Assembly: GCA_964410765.1 (NCBI GenBank)
Contig: CAYPII010000004.1
Coordinates: 1 to 49,234 of the forward strand
Origin: an uncultured Myxococcales bacterium
GTDB taxonomy: Bacteria; UBA10199; 2-02-FULL-44-16; JAAZCA01
Length of the DNA stretch: 49,234 bases
Direction of reading: 5' to 3'
Each line of letters starts with the position of its first letter. Positions within the stretch are counted from its first letter, which is position 1. Made by a program: the position numbers and the translations under genes. Under the pieces are notes generated by a model, which saw only the letters and a program-made list of their open reading frames with translations, was not told the DNA's origin and ran no database searches. Below, one piece after another: positions 1-8,470 of this stretch.

Positions 1-43
1 AGGCGATCGACTCCCGGTAGCAGTCCAGTTTTTCATGCAGCAT
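1..43 (-). CDS. 5' end of a second four-helix-bundle protein (runs off the window edge)
   Basis: Reverse strand from ATG at 43 reads MLHEKLDCYRESIA, matching MNHEKLDCYRELIT of 181..516; preceded by SD GAGGAGG. Confidence 0.75.
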   Translation of the reverse strand, partial: MLHEKLDCYRESIA

Positions 44-213
44 GTTTGCCTCCTCTCTGTTTTTCGTTTTTTCGTTCGCGATGTGTTCTCCTTTTTCTCG
101 TCTCCCCGCCCAGGTGAGGAGACGAGAAAAAGGAGAACACAAACGGAGAACCGGAAACGAAAACAGAGAGGAGAGACGCTATGAATCATGAAAAACTGGA
201 CTGCTACCGGGAG
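11..213. repeat. Long imperfect inverted repeat centred near 111
   Basis: 11-37 is the perfect reverse complement of 187-213; 82-105 is the perfect reverse complement of 118-141; 50-69 pairs with 155-173 with one indel. Confidence 0.95.
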
Positions 214-516
214 CTCATCACGGTTTCGAAGGCGCTCGGGGGGCTCATGAAGGGATGGCCGAGGGGCTCTGGCTATCTGGTCGATCAGCTGAGGCGGGCC
301 ATCTCGTCTGCTGTGCTCAACCTGGCCGAGGGCAATGGCAAGTGGGGGCAAACGCGTGAACGAAAGCGCTTCTTTCAGATGTCGATGGGGTCAATCGCTG
401 AGGCGGCAGCGGCCCTGGATCTGGCTGCCGCCTTCTCCTTGATTCCGGCCAGGGTGCAGGAGGAGAACAAGGCGATCCTGCGAGCGGCATACAACCGGAT
501 CAGGAAGCTCTCCTGA
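181..516 (+). CDS. Four-helix-bundle protein (23S rRNA IVP / bAvd-like, TIGR02436-type)
   Basis: 111 aa with family motifs HEKLDCY, LVDQLRRAISSAVLNLAEG, RFFQMSMGSIAE. Confidence 0.9.
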   Translation: MNHEKLDCYRELITVSKALGGLMKGWPRGSGYLVDQLRRAISSAVLNLAEGNGKWGQTRERKRFFQMSMGSIAEAAAALDLAAAFSLIPARVQEENKAILRAAYNRIRKLS

Positions 517-668
517 TCCGGTTCCGTCATCGGTTCATCCGATATCCAGTTCCGTCTCTCCCGATCGGTTCTCGGATATTCCGTTCGTTTCCGAGTGTCA
601 GATCAGTGACAATGCCTCTTCGATACTGTCTGATGAAATGGTGGGCACTACAATTTATTCGATCCGTA

Positions 669-1271
669 TCAGCGCGGCGAAACGCTTCGGCGTTCTCGCT
701 CCGAGGCGGACGCCTCGGCGGTATCCGGAACGGCGGGGGCGTTCGTCGCATCGGTCGCTTCGTTCGCTTCGTTCGCCGCGCTCCCCGCAGGGGATTCCGG
801 CGCTGCGCCCTCCTCCTGCGCCTTGCGGATGCGCTCGAGGGCCTGGCGCGCGGTCAGGCGTCCGGAGAGGAGCGCCTGCGCCACGCTCGCGGGGATATTC
901 CCCTTGGAGATCCCCTCGATGCCGTCGCGGCCGAGCTCCTCTTTGAGGAGCTTGAGGGCGCGCGCCTTCGCATCGCCGCGACCGTTCATCGTCATCCCAC
1001 CGCGCTCCGCCGCTGCGCCCGTTGGCGCTCCGGGGGTTCCGCCGCCGGGCGCAACCTGCGGCTGCTCGAAGGCAACGGTCGGGACCGGTTCGCCGCCCAG
1101 ATAATCGTGCCCGCCGATCGCGGGAAAGGCCTGATCGGCGATCGGCTTGAGCCCCATCATCAACTGTGAGGCCCGCTGCCCTTCGGCGCCCTGCTCGCCC
1201 TCGCGCGTCGCATCGACGCCCGCGGGATCGCGGTAACCGTTCGGGACCTTCGTCAATTCGGAGACGGACAT
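669..1271 (-). CDS. Hypothetical protein, Ala/Gly/Pro-rich, no signal peptide
   Basis: 200-aa ORF with SD GAGGGGAG and an upstream GCCGATAA motif; no recognisable domain. Confidence 0.7.
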   Translation of the reverse strand: MSVSELTKVPNGYRDPAGVDATREGEQGAEGQRASQLMMGLKPIADQAFPAIGGHDYLGGEPVPTVAFEQPQVAPGGGTPGAPTGAAAERGGMTMNGRGDAKARALKLLKEELGRDGIEGISKGNIPASVAQALLSGRLTARQALERIRKAQEEGAAPESPAGSAANEANEATDATNAPAVPDTAEASASERERRSVSPR

Positions 1272-1304
1272 AATGCTCCCCTCGAAAGATTGGCTTCAGA
1301 GGGA

Positions 1305-1333
1305 TTATCGGCTGCGCGGGGGGGAAGAGTTGC
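1305..1333 (-). promoter_or_regulatory. sigma28/FliA-like promoter
   Basis: Minus strand GCAACT-N15-GCCGATAA ending 33 nt before the ATG at 1271. Confidence 0.6.
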
Positions 1334-1391
1334 GTCGGAACCGAAAAGGCGTGTTCAAGAGGATACGATAAAACAGAATAATACCCATTGG

Positions 1392-1979
1392 TTACAGATC
1401 GCGACGCTCGTCGAAGGCGCGGGAGAGCGTCGAGGCATCGATGTACTCCAGGTCGCCGCCGACCGGGATGCCGCTGGCCAGGCGCGTGAGCCGCACGCCG
1501 GTGGGCTTGATGAGCTTCTGCAGGTAGAGGGCGGTCGCCTCGCCCTCGACGTTGGCGTTCGTTGCGACGATGACCTCGCAGACTCCGCCGGCCTCGATGC
1601 GGCGAAGCAGCTCGGCGATCTTGATGTCGTCGGGGCCAATGCCGTCGAGCGGCGAGATCGCGCCATGCAGGATGTGATAGCGTCCGCGGTAGGCGTGCGC
1701 GCGCTCCACCGCCATGACGTCGGAGGGATCCTCGACGACACAGATCGTCTCCCCCTCGCGGCGCATATCCGCGCAGAGCGCACAGGGATCGTTTTCGGTG
1801 AGGTTCATGCACTCGGAACAGAGGCGGACCTTCGCCTTCACGTCCAGGAGCGCCGCGGAGAGGGCCTGCGCGTACTCCGCCGGCTGGCGCAGGATGAAGA
1901 AGGCCAGGCGCGTGGCGGTGCGCTCCCCCACGCCGGGGAGCTTCGCGAGTTCATGAACGAGTCGATCGATCGGTGTCAT
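1392..1979 (-). CDS. recR: Recombination mediator RecR
   Basis: LPGVGERTATRLAF HhH motif, C4 zinc finger (CSEC...CALC), TOPRIM motifs VVEDPSD, NVEGEATA, GGDLEYID. Confidence 0.97.
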   Translation of the reverse strand: MTPIDRLVHELAKLPGVGERTATRLAFFILRQPAEYAQALSAALLDVKAKVRLCSECMNLTENDPCALCADMRREGETICVVEDPSDVMAVERAHAYRGRYHILHGAISPLDGIGPDDIKIAELLRRIEAGGVCEVIVATNANVEGEATALYLQKLIKPTGVRLTRLASGIPVGGDLEYIDASTLSRAFDERRDL

Positions 1980-2000
1980 TGCATCCGTGACGACGAAACC

Positions 2001-2075
2001 CGTGACACGTGACCCGTACAAACAGCTTCGTTTCAATCGTCACATCCGTTTGGGTCACGTGTGACGTGTCACGTG
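2001..2075. repeat. Heptamer-based inverted repeat (GTGACAC/GTCACGT)
   Basis: cgtgacacgtgaccc (2001-2015) vs gggtcacgtgtgacg (2052-2066), 14/15 complementary; tandem tcacgtg/tgacgtg/tcacgtg. Confidence 0.7.
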
Positions 2076-2399
2076 TTACGAGAAAAGATTTTTCAGTCCG
2101 CCGAGGCCGCCCATGCCGCCGAGCATGCCGGACATCAGCTCCTGTGCCGCCTTGCCCGCCTTCTGCGCGCTGTCGTTGACCGCGACACGGACGAGGTCGG
2201 CGACCATCTGCGCATCGCCGCCGGCGACGAGCTGCGGTTCGATCGTGAGCTTGACCACCTCATGCTTACCGTTGACGACGGCGGTCACCATGCCGCCCCC
2301 GGCCGTTCCCTCGAAGGTGAGATGCTCGAGCTCCTTCTGCTTCTTCTTGAGCTCCTTCTGCATCGAGCGCGCCTGCTTCATCATCTCCATCATATCCAT
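2076..2399 (-). CDS. ybaB: YbaB/EbfC nucleoid-associated protein
   Basis: MMKQARSMQKEL...GTAGGGMVTAVVNGKHE...DLVRVAVNDS; canonical position between dnaX and recR. Confidence 0.95.
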   Translation of the reverse strand: MDMMEMMKQARSMQKELKKKQKELEHLTFEGTAGGGMVTAVVNGKHEVVKLTIEPQLVAGGDAQMVADLVRVAVNDSAQKAGKAAQELMSGMLGGMGGLGGLKNLFS

Positions 2400-2416
2400 C
2401 GTCGTCCTCCTCTCCC

Positions 2417-4084
2417 TCATTTTTCCCCGTCGACCTTCACCTCGTGCAGCTCGGCGCCCAGGATGTCGGCCGCCTGCTGAACCATGTCGCTGCCGAGCGC
2501 CTCGCGCTCCATCTGCCGGCGTCGCTTCGGGCGGTCGGCCGCAGCATCGGCCCCGTCGGCACGCGCCACCTGCAGGCGCACCGGACGCTGGAAGAATTCG
2601 GCGAGCAGTTGCGCCACCTGTCGGCTGCGCTCCTCCTCCTCGATCATGTCCCCGTAGAGGCGGTTGTCGAAGGCGACCGTCGCGACATCCCCCTCCATCC
2701 CCTGGAAGTGCCCGGCGGCGACGATTGAGGAAAGCTGTGGACGCTTGGCGGCGAGCCAGCGCATGAACTCCTGCCAGCGCTTCTCGTTCACCGCGAAGGC
2801 GGGGTTGGCCACCGCCTCGAAGGTCGGCTTGGCCTCGGACTTCTGTGCGGGGGGCGTCGGCGCAGGAGACGCCTGCTTCGTCGGCGGCACGGCGGGCCGC
2901 GATGACGCCGCCAGCGTGCTCGCGGAGGGCTGCGAAACGCCCTCCGTCCCGAGCGCCCCCTCGAGCTTCGCGATCAGCTCGTCGACCGAGGCGAACGAGC
3001 CGACGCGGCAGAGGCGGATGAGCCCCACCTCGAGGAGCATCTTCGGAAAGGGGGAACGCGCCACGCGCTCGGCGACGCCGTACCAGCTGGTGAACATCTG
3101 GTGGAGCATCGGCGCCGGCACCTTCTTCGCCAACGCCTGGAGCTGCTCGACCTCGTGCGGGAGCAGGTCGCCCATCGCGCGCGCGTCGTTCGTCTCGGCG
3201 AGCACCAGGAGGTGACGCAACATCTCGAGCAGGTCCATCGCGAAGCGCGCGAGGTCGACGCCGCGGCGGAAGACCTCGTCGAGCGTGCCGAGCGCACGCT
3301 GCGCGTCCGACGCCAGCAGCGCCCCGACCAGGTCGAAGAGGAGCCCGCGGTCGAGGATGCCCAGCATCGTCTCGATCGTGGAGACGGTCACCGCCTCGCC
3401 ACCGCAGGCGATCGCCTGGTCGAAGAGCGACTCGGCGTCGCGCAACGAACCGGTCGCCTCGTTCGCGATGAGGCGCACGGCGTCGTCGTCGATCGACACC
3501 GTCTCCTCGCGCGCAATGCGCTTGAGCGTCGCCGCGATGAGCTGCGGCGGGATGCGGCGGAAGTCGTAGCGCTGACAGCGCGAGAGGATCGTCGCCGGGA
3601 TCTTATGCGCCTCGGTGGTGGCGAAGATGAAGACGACGTGCGGCGGCGGCTCCTCGAGCGTCTTGAGCAGCGCGTTGAACGCGCTGGTCGAGAGCATGTG
3701 CACCTCGTCGATGATGTAGATCGTGTAGCGCCCATGCGAGGGCATGTACTTCACGCGCTCGCGGATCTCGCGCACATCGTCGACGCTGGTGTTCGAGGCG
3801 CCGTCGATCTCCTGGACGTCGAGCGAGGCGCCGCCGGTGATCTGGTTGCAGGAAGGGCAGCGGTTGCACGGCTCGCTCCCCTCGCGCGCCTCGCAGTTGA
3901 GCGCCTTGGCCAGGATGCGCGCGACCGTCGTCTTGCCGATGCCGCGCGCCCCGGCGAAGAGATAGGCGTGGTGCAGCCGCCCCGAGGCGATCGCGTTCGC
4001 GAGCGTCTGGGTCACGTGTTCCTGGCCGATCACCTCGGCGAAGGCCTGCGGACGGTATTTGCGGGCGAGGACCTGATAGGTCAT
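2417..4084 (-). CDS. dnaX: DNA polymerase III subunit gamma/tau
   Basis: YQVLARKYRPQ, Walker A GARGIGKTT, IIDEVHML, SRC motif. Confidence 0.98.
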   Translation of the reverse strand: MTYQVLARKYRPQAFAEVIGQEHVTQTLANAIASGRLHHAYLFAGARGIGKTTVARILAKALNCEAREGSEPCNRCPSCNQITGGASLDVQEIDGASNTSVDDVREIRERVKYMPSHGRYTIYIIDEVHMLSTSAFNALLKTLEEPPPHVVFIFATTEAHKIPATILSRCQRYDFRRIPPQLIAATLKRIAREETVSIDDDAVRLIANEATGSLRDAESLFDQAIACGGEAVTVSTIETMLGILDRGLLFDLVGALLASDAQRALGTLDEVFRRGVDLARFAMDLLEMLRHLLVLAETNDARAMGDLLPHEVEQLQALAKKVPAPMLHQMFTSWYGVAERVARSPFPKMLLEVGLIRLCRVGSFASVDELIAKLEGALGTEGVSQPSASTLAASSRPAVPPTKQASPAPTPPAQKSEAKPTFEAVANPAFAVNEKRWQEFMRWLAAKRPQLSSIVAAGHFQGMEGDVATVAFDNRLYGDMIEEEERSRQVAQLLAEFFQRPVRLQVARADGADAAADRPKRRRQMEREALGSDMVQQAADILGAELHEVKVDGEK

Positions 4085-4362
4085 TTCTTATCCGACGCTG
4101 TAAAAAAACCCGTTTCCGATCAACGATCTGCAGGAAAAACCTGTACAACCGCTTGATATCAAAAAGTTTTCCTGTTGCGGACCGGGGGCCCCATCGGTTT
4201 ACGATACGGATACATGGGCTCCAGGGGGCGTCTGCAGAGCCCTTGCCGCGTATCAGATGGTCCCGTGAAGGGCAAGGGATTTGCGGCGAAGAAGGACACA
4301 ACTTTTTTCGCGAATACGCGAAAAAGAGGCGCTGGCAAGGACAACGGTCTCCGGGAGGACCC

Positions 4363-6912
4363 ATGGCGAAGATCTCGAGCGAATTCCTCAAAGAGCTGCA
4401 GGGGCCGATGTGCGGAAGCGCGGCCTTCACCGAGGACGACCCCTGGTGCGCAGCCAATCCGGAGCCGATCGAATTCGACGACTATCTCGACGGCACCGGG
4501 ACGAAGTACCTCGACATCCTCCCCACCTGGGAGGAGGACGCCGTCCGCTTCTGTCGGCAGTTCGGCCGGACGCCGGAGCTCTTCGACGAGGCGCGCCGCT
4601 GCACGCCGCTGGGGACGGATGTCGCAACCGAACTCAACCGCATCATCGCCGCCCTCCCCGGTCCATCGGGCACAACGCCGCCGGCAGCGCCGTTGGATGC
4701 AGCGGGAACGGCAACCGCCCCCGTCGAGATTCCAACGCCATCGCAGATCTACGTCCTCCTGCGCCGCACGCAGCTCCCCCCCCAGAGCTTTGACGATCTC
4801 TTCCGTGCCCGGGCGCAGTCCATCCATGACCAACTTCAGCGGATCGCGCAGCTGAAAAAAGCCGGCGATCCGGGCCTCGACGCGGCAGTCATGGACTTGC
4901 AGGAAAAACTCTCGCACGTCTGCGTCGTCTCCGATCCCGAGGCCCTGCGGAAGATCAACGATGCCTGCGGGCGCGTAATCGCAACGCACGACAACATGAA
5001 GACGTGGTACCAGAAGGGGATTGCAGCGATCACCGGTTTGGGGGGCAGCATCTGGCTCTCGATCAAGATGGGGTGGCTCCCCAAGATGTGGACGGCGGGG
5101 AAGAACCAGTGGAAGGCCTCGCGAACAATCGACCCGAAGACGAAGAAGCCGGTCGAGGGCAAGCTCATGGCGGCGCTCAAGACGATCGGCGCCTTCTTCC
5201 GAATGCGCGATCCCTATGCGCCGCAGCAACCGCAACAGCCGCAGTATCCCTATCCCGGGCCGTATGGACCGTACAATGGGCCCTACATTCCGCCGTATAC
5301 CCCACCGACAGGACAGGGGCAGCAACCGCCCCCGGGGACCTCTCCCGGAGCGGGTGGTGCGATGCCGCCGACGGCGGGGAGCAGCACCCCCTGGAGCCCA
5401 TCATACCCGACCGGCTCGCTTCAGGTCCCGATCGAAGGGATATCGCAGGCGGACACCGGCCTCATCTACACGGATGATATGCGCGTCTCGGAGTTGCGCC
5501 AGACGGCGACAGCGGTCATCACCGCATTCGACCACCTCGCACAGCATCCCCAGAGCAGCGCGGCGCTCTCCGAACGGGCCACGGTGCTCCGGGAGAGCCT
5601 GGAACGGACGGCCTACATCGACGACCGTTCCGCCCTCGTCGAATTGATGCCACTGATCATGGACGAAAAGACGCTCGGGAGCTTCGAGGCCTTCATCGAA
5701 TCCTACACGCGCTGGATCGCGACGGAGCGCTTCGTAACGGTGGCCGCGCTGGCTAAACGCGGGCTGGGAGAGCTCGCCGAAGACGAGACCGCAGAGCTGC
5801 AGACGATCCTTGAGGAAGCGAATGAAGCGATCGGTACGATCCGGACGTCGGCGACGGAGATCGGCTACCTGATCAATCATCTCGGCACCGCAATTGGACG
5901 CATGGAGGAGGTCTTCTCCGTCACCGCCGAACAACGCGATCGCCATATCAAACTGCTCAAGCGGTGGACGGCCGGGCTGCAGGACGCCGGCGGACTGATG
6001 CACGATGTGAACAACGTCACGCAGCGGCTGGAGGGGAATATCCAGCTCGCGCATCGTCGGCTCGATCGGACCGCACTCGTTCAGGGACACCTGGAGGACT
6101 TGAGTCAGTACGATCTTTCGAACCTGCGCTTCACGCTCGATTTCGTCACCAAGCTCCATCGCCGCTTCGCCGAGGAGCGCCAGGTCGAGATCCGCGTAGG
6201 GGATGCGGCCGAGCTGATGATCCCGGATGAGGGCTCCCTGCGCTTCGACCTCTTCCGCATCGTCAACGAACTGGTCACGAATGCGATCAAGTACGCCAAT
6301 CCTGCCGAAACGGCGGTCAGCTACGTCGAAGTTCGGACGGAGCGCGAGGGCGATCTCCTGCGTATCATCGTGGAGGACAACGGCGTCGGCATCAGCGACG
6401 TCGAAAAGGTCCTCGCCTCCGGCGTGCGCGAACAGCCGGAGCTCGCCGAGGGCGACGGGGAGGGGCTCACGATCGTCCAGCGCCTGACCCAGGAACACGG
6501 CGTGGCGTTCCGGATCGAATCGACGGTCGGGCAGGGGAGCCGGATCACCCTCGAGAAGAACATTTCCGGATGGACGCCATCGCCTGGCGGCGGTTCGACG
6601 AACGGTACCGCCGGGGCGGGAAGCGATGGCGAGATGCCGATCGGTGGCAGCGCATCAATCGAAACGCACGAGGCGCGCGACATCGCGCTGGGCCGATCGC
6701 GCTTTGCGGGATTCGCGGATGTGGAGCAGAGCTCCGACCCAATGAGCGATGCGGCGATCCCCTTCTCTCTCCTCCAGGATGACGCAACCAATCCGCTGGG
6801 GATCGAAACCCCGGGTGCGATCGATGCCGCGACCGGCGTCCATCTGGGCACCGGCGTCTTCGTCGGCGTACCGAGTCAGACCGCCCGCCCGACCGCTGCA
6901 AGCGCACACTGA
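4363..6912 (+). CDS. Atypical histidine kinase: orphan N-terminus, Pro/Gln-rich linker, HATPase_c domain and FAGF tail
   Basis: H-box LMHDVNN, N-box ELVTNAIKY, G1 VEDNGVGI, G2 GDGEGLTIV; start MAKISSE follows SD GGGAGG. Confidence 0.8.
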   Translation: MAKISSEFLKELQGPMCGSAAFTEDDPWCAANPEPIEFDDYLDGTGTKYLDILPTWEEDAVRFCRQFGRTPELFDEARRCTPLGTDVATELNRIIAALPGPSGTTPPAAPLDAAGTATAPVEIPTPSQIYVLLRRTQLPPQSFDDLFRARAQSIHDQLQRIAQLKKAGDPGLDAAVMDLQEKLSHVCVVSDPEALRKINDACGRVIATHDNMKTWYQKGIAAITGLGGSIWLSIKMGWLPKMWTAGKNQWKASRTIDPKTKKPVEGKLMAALKTIGAFFRMRDPYAPQQPQQPQYPYPGPYGPYNGPYIPPYTPPTGQGQQPPPGTSPGAGGAMPPTAGSSTPWSPSYPTGSLQVPIEGISQADTGLIYTDDMRVSELRQTATAVITAFDHLAQHPQSSAALSERATVLRESLERTAYIDDRSALVELMPLIMDEKTLGSFEAFIESYTRWIATERFVTVAALAKRGLGELAEDETAELQTILEEANEAIGTIRTSATEIGYLINHLGTAIGRMEEVFSVTAEQRDRHIKLLKRWTAGLQDAGGLMHDVNNVTQRLEGNIQLAHRRLDRTALVQGHLEDLSQYDLSNLRFTLDFVTKLHRRFAEERQVEIRVGDAAELMIPDEGSLRFDLFRIVNELVTNAIKYANPAETAVSYVEVRTEREGDLLRIIVEDNGVGISDVEKVLASGVREQPELAEGDGEGLTIVQRLTQEHGVAFRIESTVGQGSRITLEKNISGWTPSPGGGSTNGTAGAGSDGEMPIGGSASIETHEARDIALGRSRFAGFADVEQSSDPMSDAAIPFSLLQDDATNPLGIETPGAIDAATGVHLGTGVFVGVPSQTARPTAASAH

Positions 6913-6950
6913 CCATCCTCGCGCTGCGGTGCAACGAACGCGATCGACCA

Positions 6951-7334
6951 GGGGACGGGCCTGTGGGGGTCCGTCCCCGATCTGTTTTCAACGATGTTCC
7001 AGAGCGCTCTTCTCTGCATTCGCGACGGGCGATGGGGGTTCGCAAAAACATCGCGCGGTGTGACGGGGGCTCTCGGGCCTGTCCCGCTCGGAACGGCGGC
7101 TCGGCTCAGGTGCCGCCTCCGCCGCCTGACACTCTTCGCGCCGGGCATCTTTCGGCTTGGATCCGGCGCTCATCGAGTCTCCCCGCGCAACAGCCCCTGC
7201 GCCCCTGATGTCACACCGCGTTCGCGACGACAGACGAAGGGGCGATCCCCCAGCGCCCGTCGCGGATGATCCGGGAGAGCCCCGTCACACCGCTGCAAAC
7301 AAATCGGGGACGGGCCCCTGCGGGGTCCGTCCCC
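6951..7334. repeat. ~384-bp intergenic element with terminal REP-like hairpins and nested inverted repeats (MITE/BIME-like)
   Basis: GGGGACGG..CCGTCCCC hairpins at 6951-6978 and 7306-7334; 6971-6987 is complementary to 7297-7313 (1 mismatch); internal IR 7055-7077 / 7271-7293. Confidence 0.65.
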
Positions 7335-7339
7335 TCTTT

Positions 7340-7753
7340 TCATTCGTGATGGTTCGAACGGACGGGGCGGCGGCGGGACTTCTTCTCCGACTGCTTTCGC
7401 TTCTCCTCCAGCACCTTCTCCTTCGCCCGCTTCGATCGCCGCTTCTTCTGCTTGCGAATCTTCCAGCGACGCTTCGCCGCGACGCTCCGGCGCTTGTGGA
7501 GGCGCTCCTCCAGGCGTTCGGCCAGGCGACGGCGCGCCATAAAGCGGTTCATCGCCTGACTGCGCTCGCTGTCGCACTTGATCTCGATACCACTGGGACG
7601 GTGAATCAGGACGACGCCGGTGGAGCTCTTGTTGACGTGCTGTCCGCCGGGTCCACGCGATCGAACGAACTGCTCCTCGAGCTCTTCCTCGCGCACTCCC
7701 AACTCCGCGAGGCGTTCCTCGAGCTGCCGCCGCTTGGCCACGGAGATGGGCAC
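7340..7753 (-). CDS. arfB: ArfB/YaeJ-like peptidyl-tRNA hydrolase (ribosome rescue)
   Basis: FVRSRGPGGQHVNK, ERSQAMNR, basic C-terminal tail. Confidence 0.85.
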   Translation of the reverse strand: MPISVAKRRQLEERLAELGVREEELEEQFVRSRGPGGQHVNKSSTGVVLIHRPSGIEIKCDSERSQAMNRFMARRRLAERLEERLHKRRSVAAKRRWKIRKQKKRRSKRAKEKVLEEKRKQSEKKSRRRPVRSNHHE

Positions 7754-7759
7754 GAAGGA

Positions 7760-7918
7760 TCAGTCCCCCATGACGATCGTCAACTCGCCGCTCTTCTTGT
7801 CGACGAGGACGACGCTATAATTCCCATCCGGCTGGCGCCCGGTGCGCACGGCGTACTTCTGGGTAAAGAAGATGAAGAGGGCGACGAGCAGGATGAGGAT
7901 CAGGATGAACTTCTTCAT
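7760..7918 (-). CDS. Small membrane-anchored or secreted protein (52 aa)
   Basis: MKKFILILILLVALFIFF hydrophobic N-terminus; strong SD AAGGGAGG. Confidence 0.7.
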   Translation of the reverse strand: MKKFILILILLVALFIFFTQKYAVRTGRQPDGNYSVVLVDKKSGELTIVMGD

Positions 7919-8027
7919 GGCACCTCCCTTTCTGGCGGGCATTATACGGATGGCGGGAAAAGAAGCAATGCGTTGAGCGAAATGCGAAAAGGATGTGGGT
8001 GTTTCGCGAAACAGAAAACAGGATGTT

Positions 8028-8119
8028 TGGCGGAGGGGGTGGGATTCGAACCCACGGACCTCCTTTCGAAGGTCAACGGTTTTCGAGACCGCCCCGTTCA
8101 ACCGCTCCGGCACCCCTCC
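8028..8119 (-). tRNA. tRNA-Ser(CGA)
   Basis: GGAGGGGTG..., anticodon loop CT-CGA-AA, long variable arm, GGTTCGAATCC, encoded CCA. Confidence 0.96.
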
Positions 8120-8152
8120 GCCAAACAGCCCATCAGATCGCTGCGGACCCTC

Positions 8153-8240
<88 letters not shown>

Positions 8241-8433
8241 GCCGAACGCCCGCCCTGTCAGAGAACTGGCGCAGAGGCCGCTCCAGAGGCCTTTCCGCGC
8301 TTGACTCCCGCGCGCAACGCCGTATGGAGGAGAGGGCGCGGGGGCGGATATACAGCATACCCGCCCTTCGGGTGCAACTAGAAATAGGGCCAAAATATGC
8401 GTTTTTCAGGCGGTTTTCGGCACCCTTTTCCGC

Positions 8434-8460
8434 GAAACTTTCTCCCTCGCGCGCCGATAA
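8434..8460 (+). promoter_or_regulatory. sigma28/FliA-like promoter
   Basis: GAAACTTT-N11-GCCGATAA (consensus TAAAGTTT-N11-GCCGATAA), 10 nt before the ATG at 8471. Confidence 0.7.
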
Positions 8461-8470
8461 CGGACTGACC

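Noticed and set aside
181-516. Diversity-generating retroelement (Avd-like gene)
   Set aside because: No reverse transcriptase and no TR/VR pair with adenine-specific mismatches in the window; upstream sequence is not visible.
2417-4084. Programmed frameshift producing the DnaX gamma subunit
   Set aside because: No A6G or long poly-A slippery site noticed in the coding strand.
4153-4362. Upstream TTG start of the kinase ORF
   Set aside because: A good SD precedes ATG 4363 and the extension covers the divergent promoter region.
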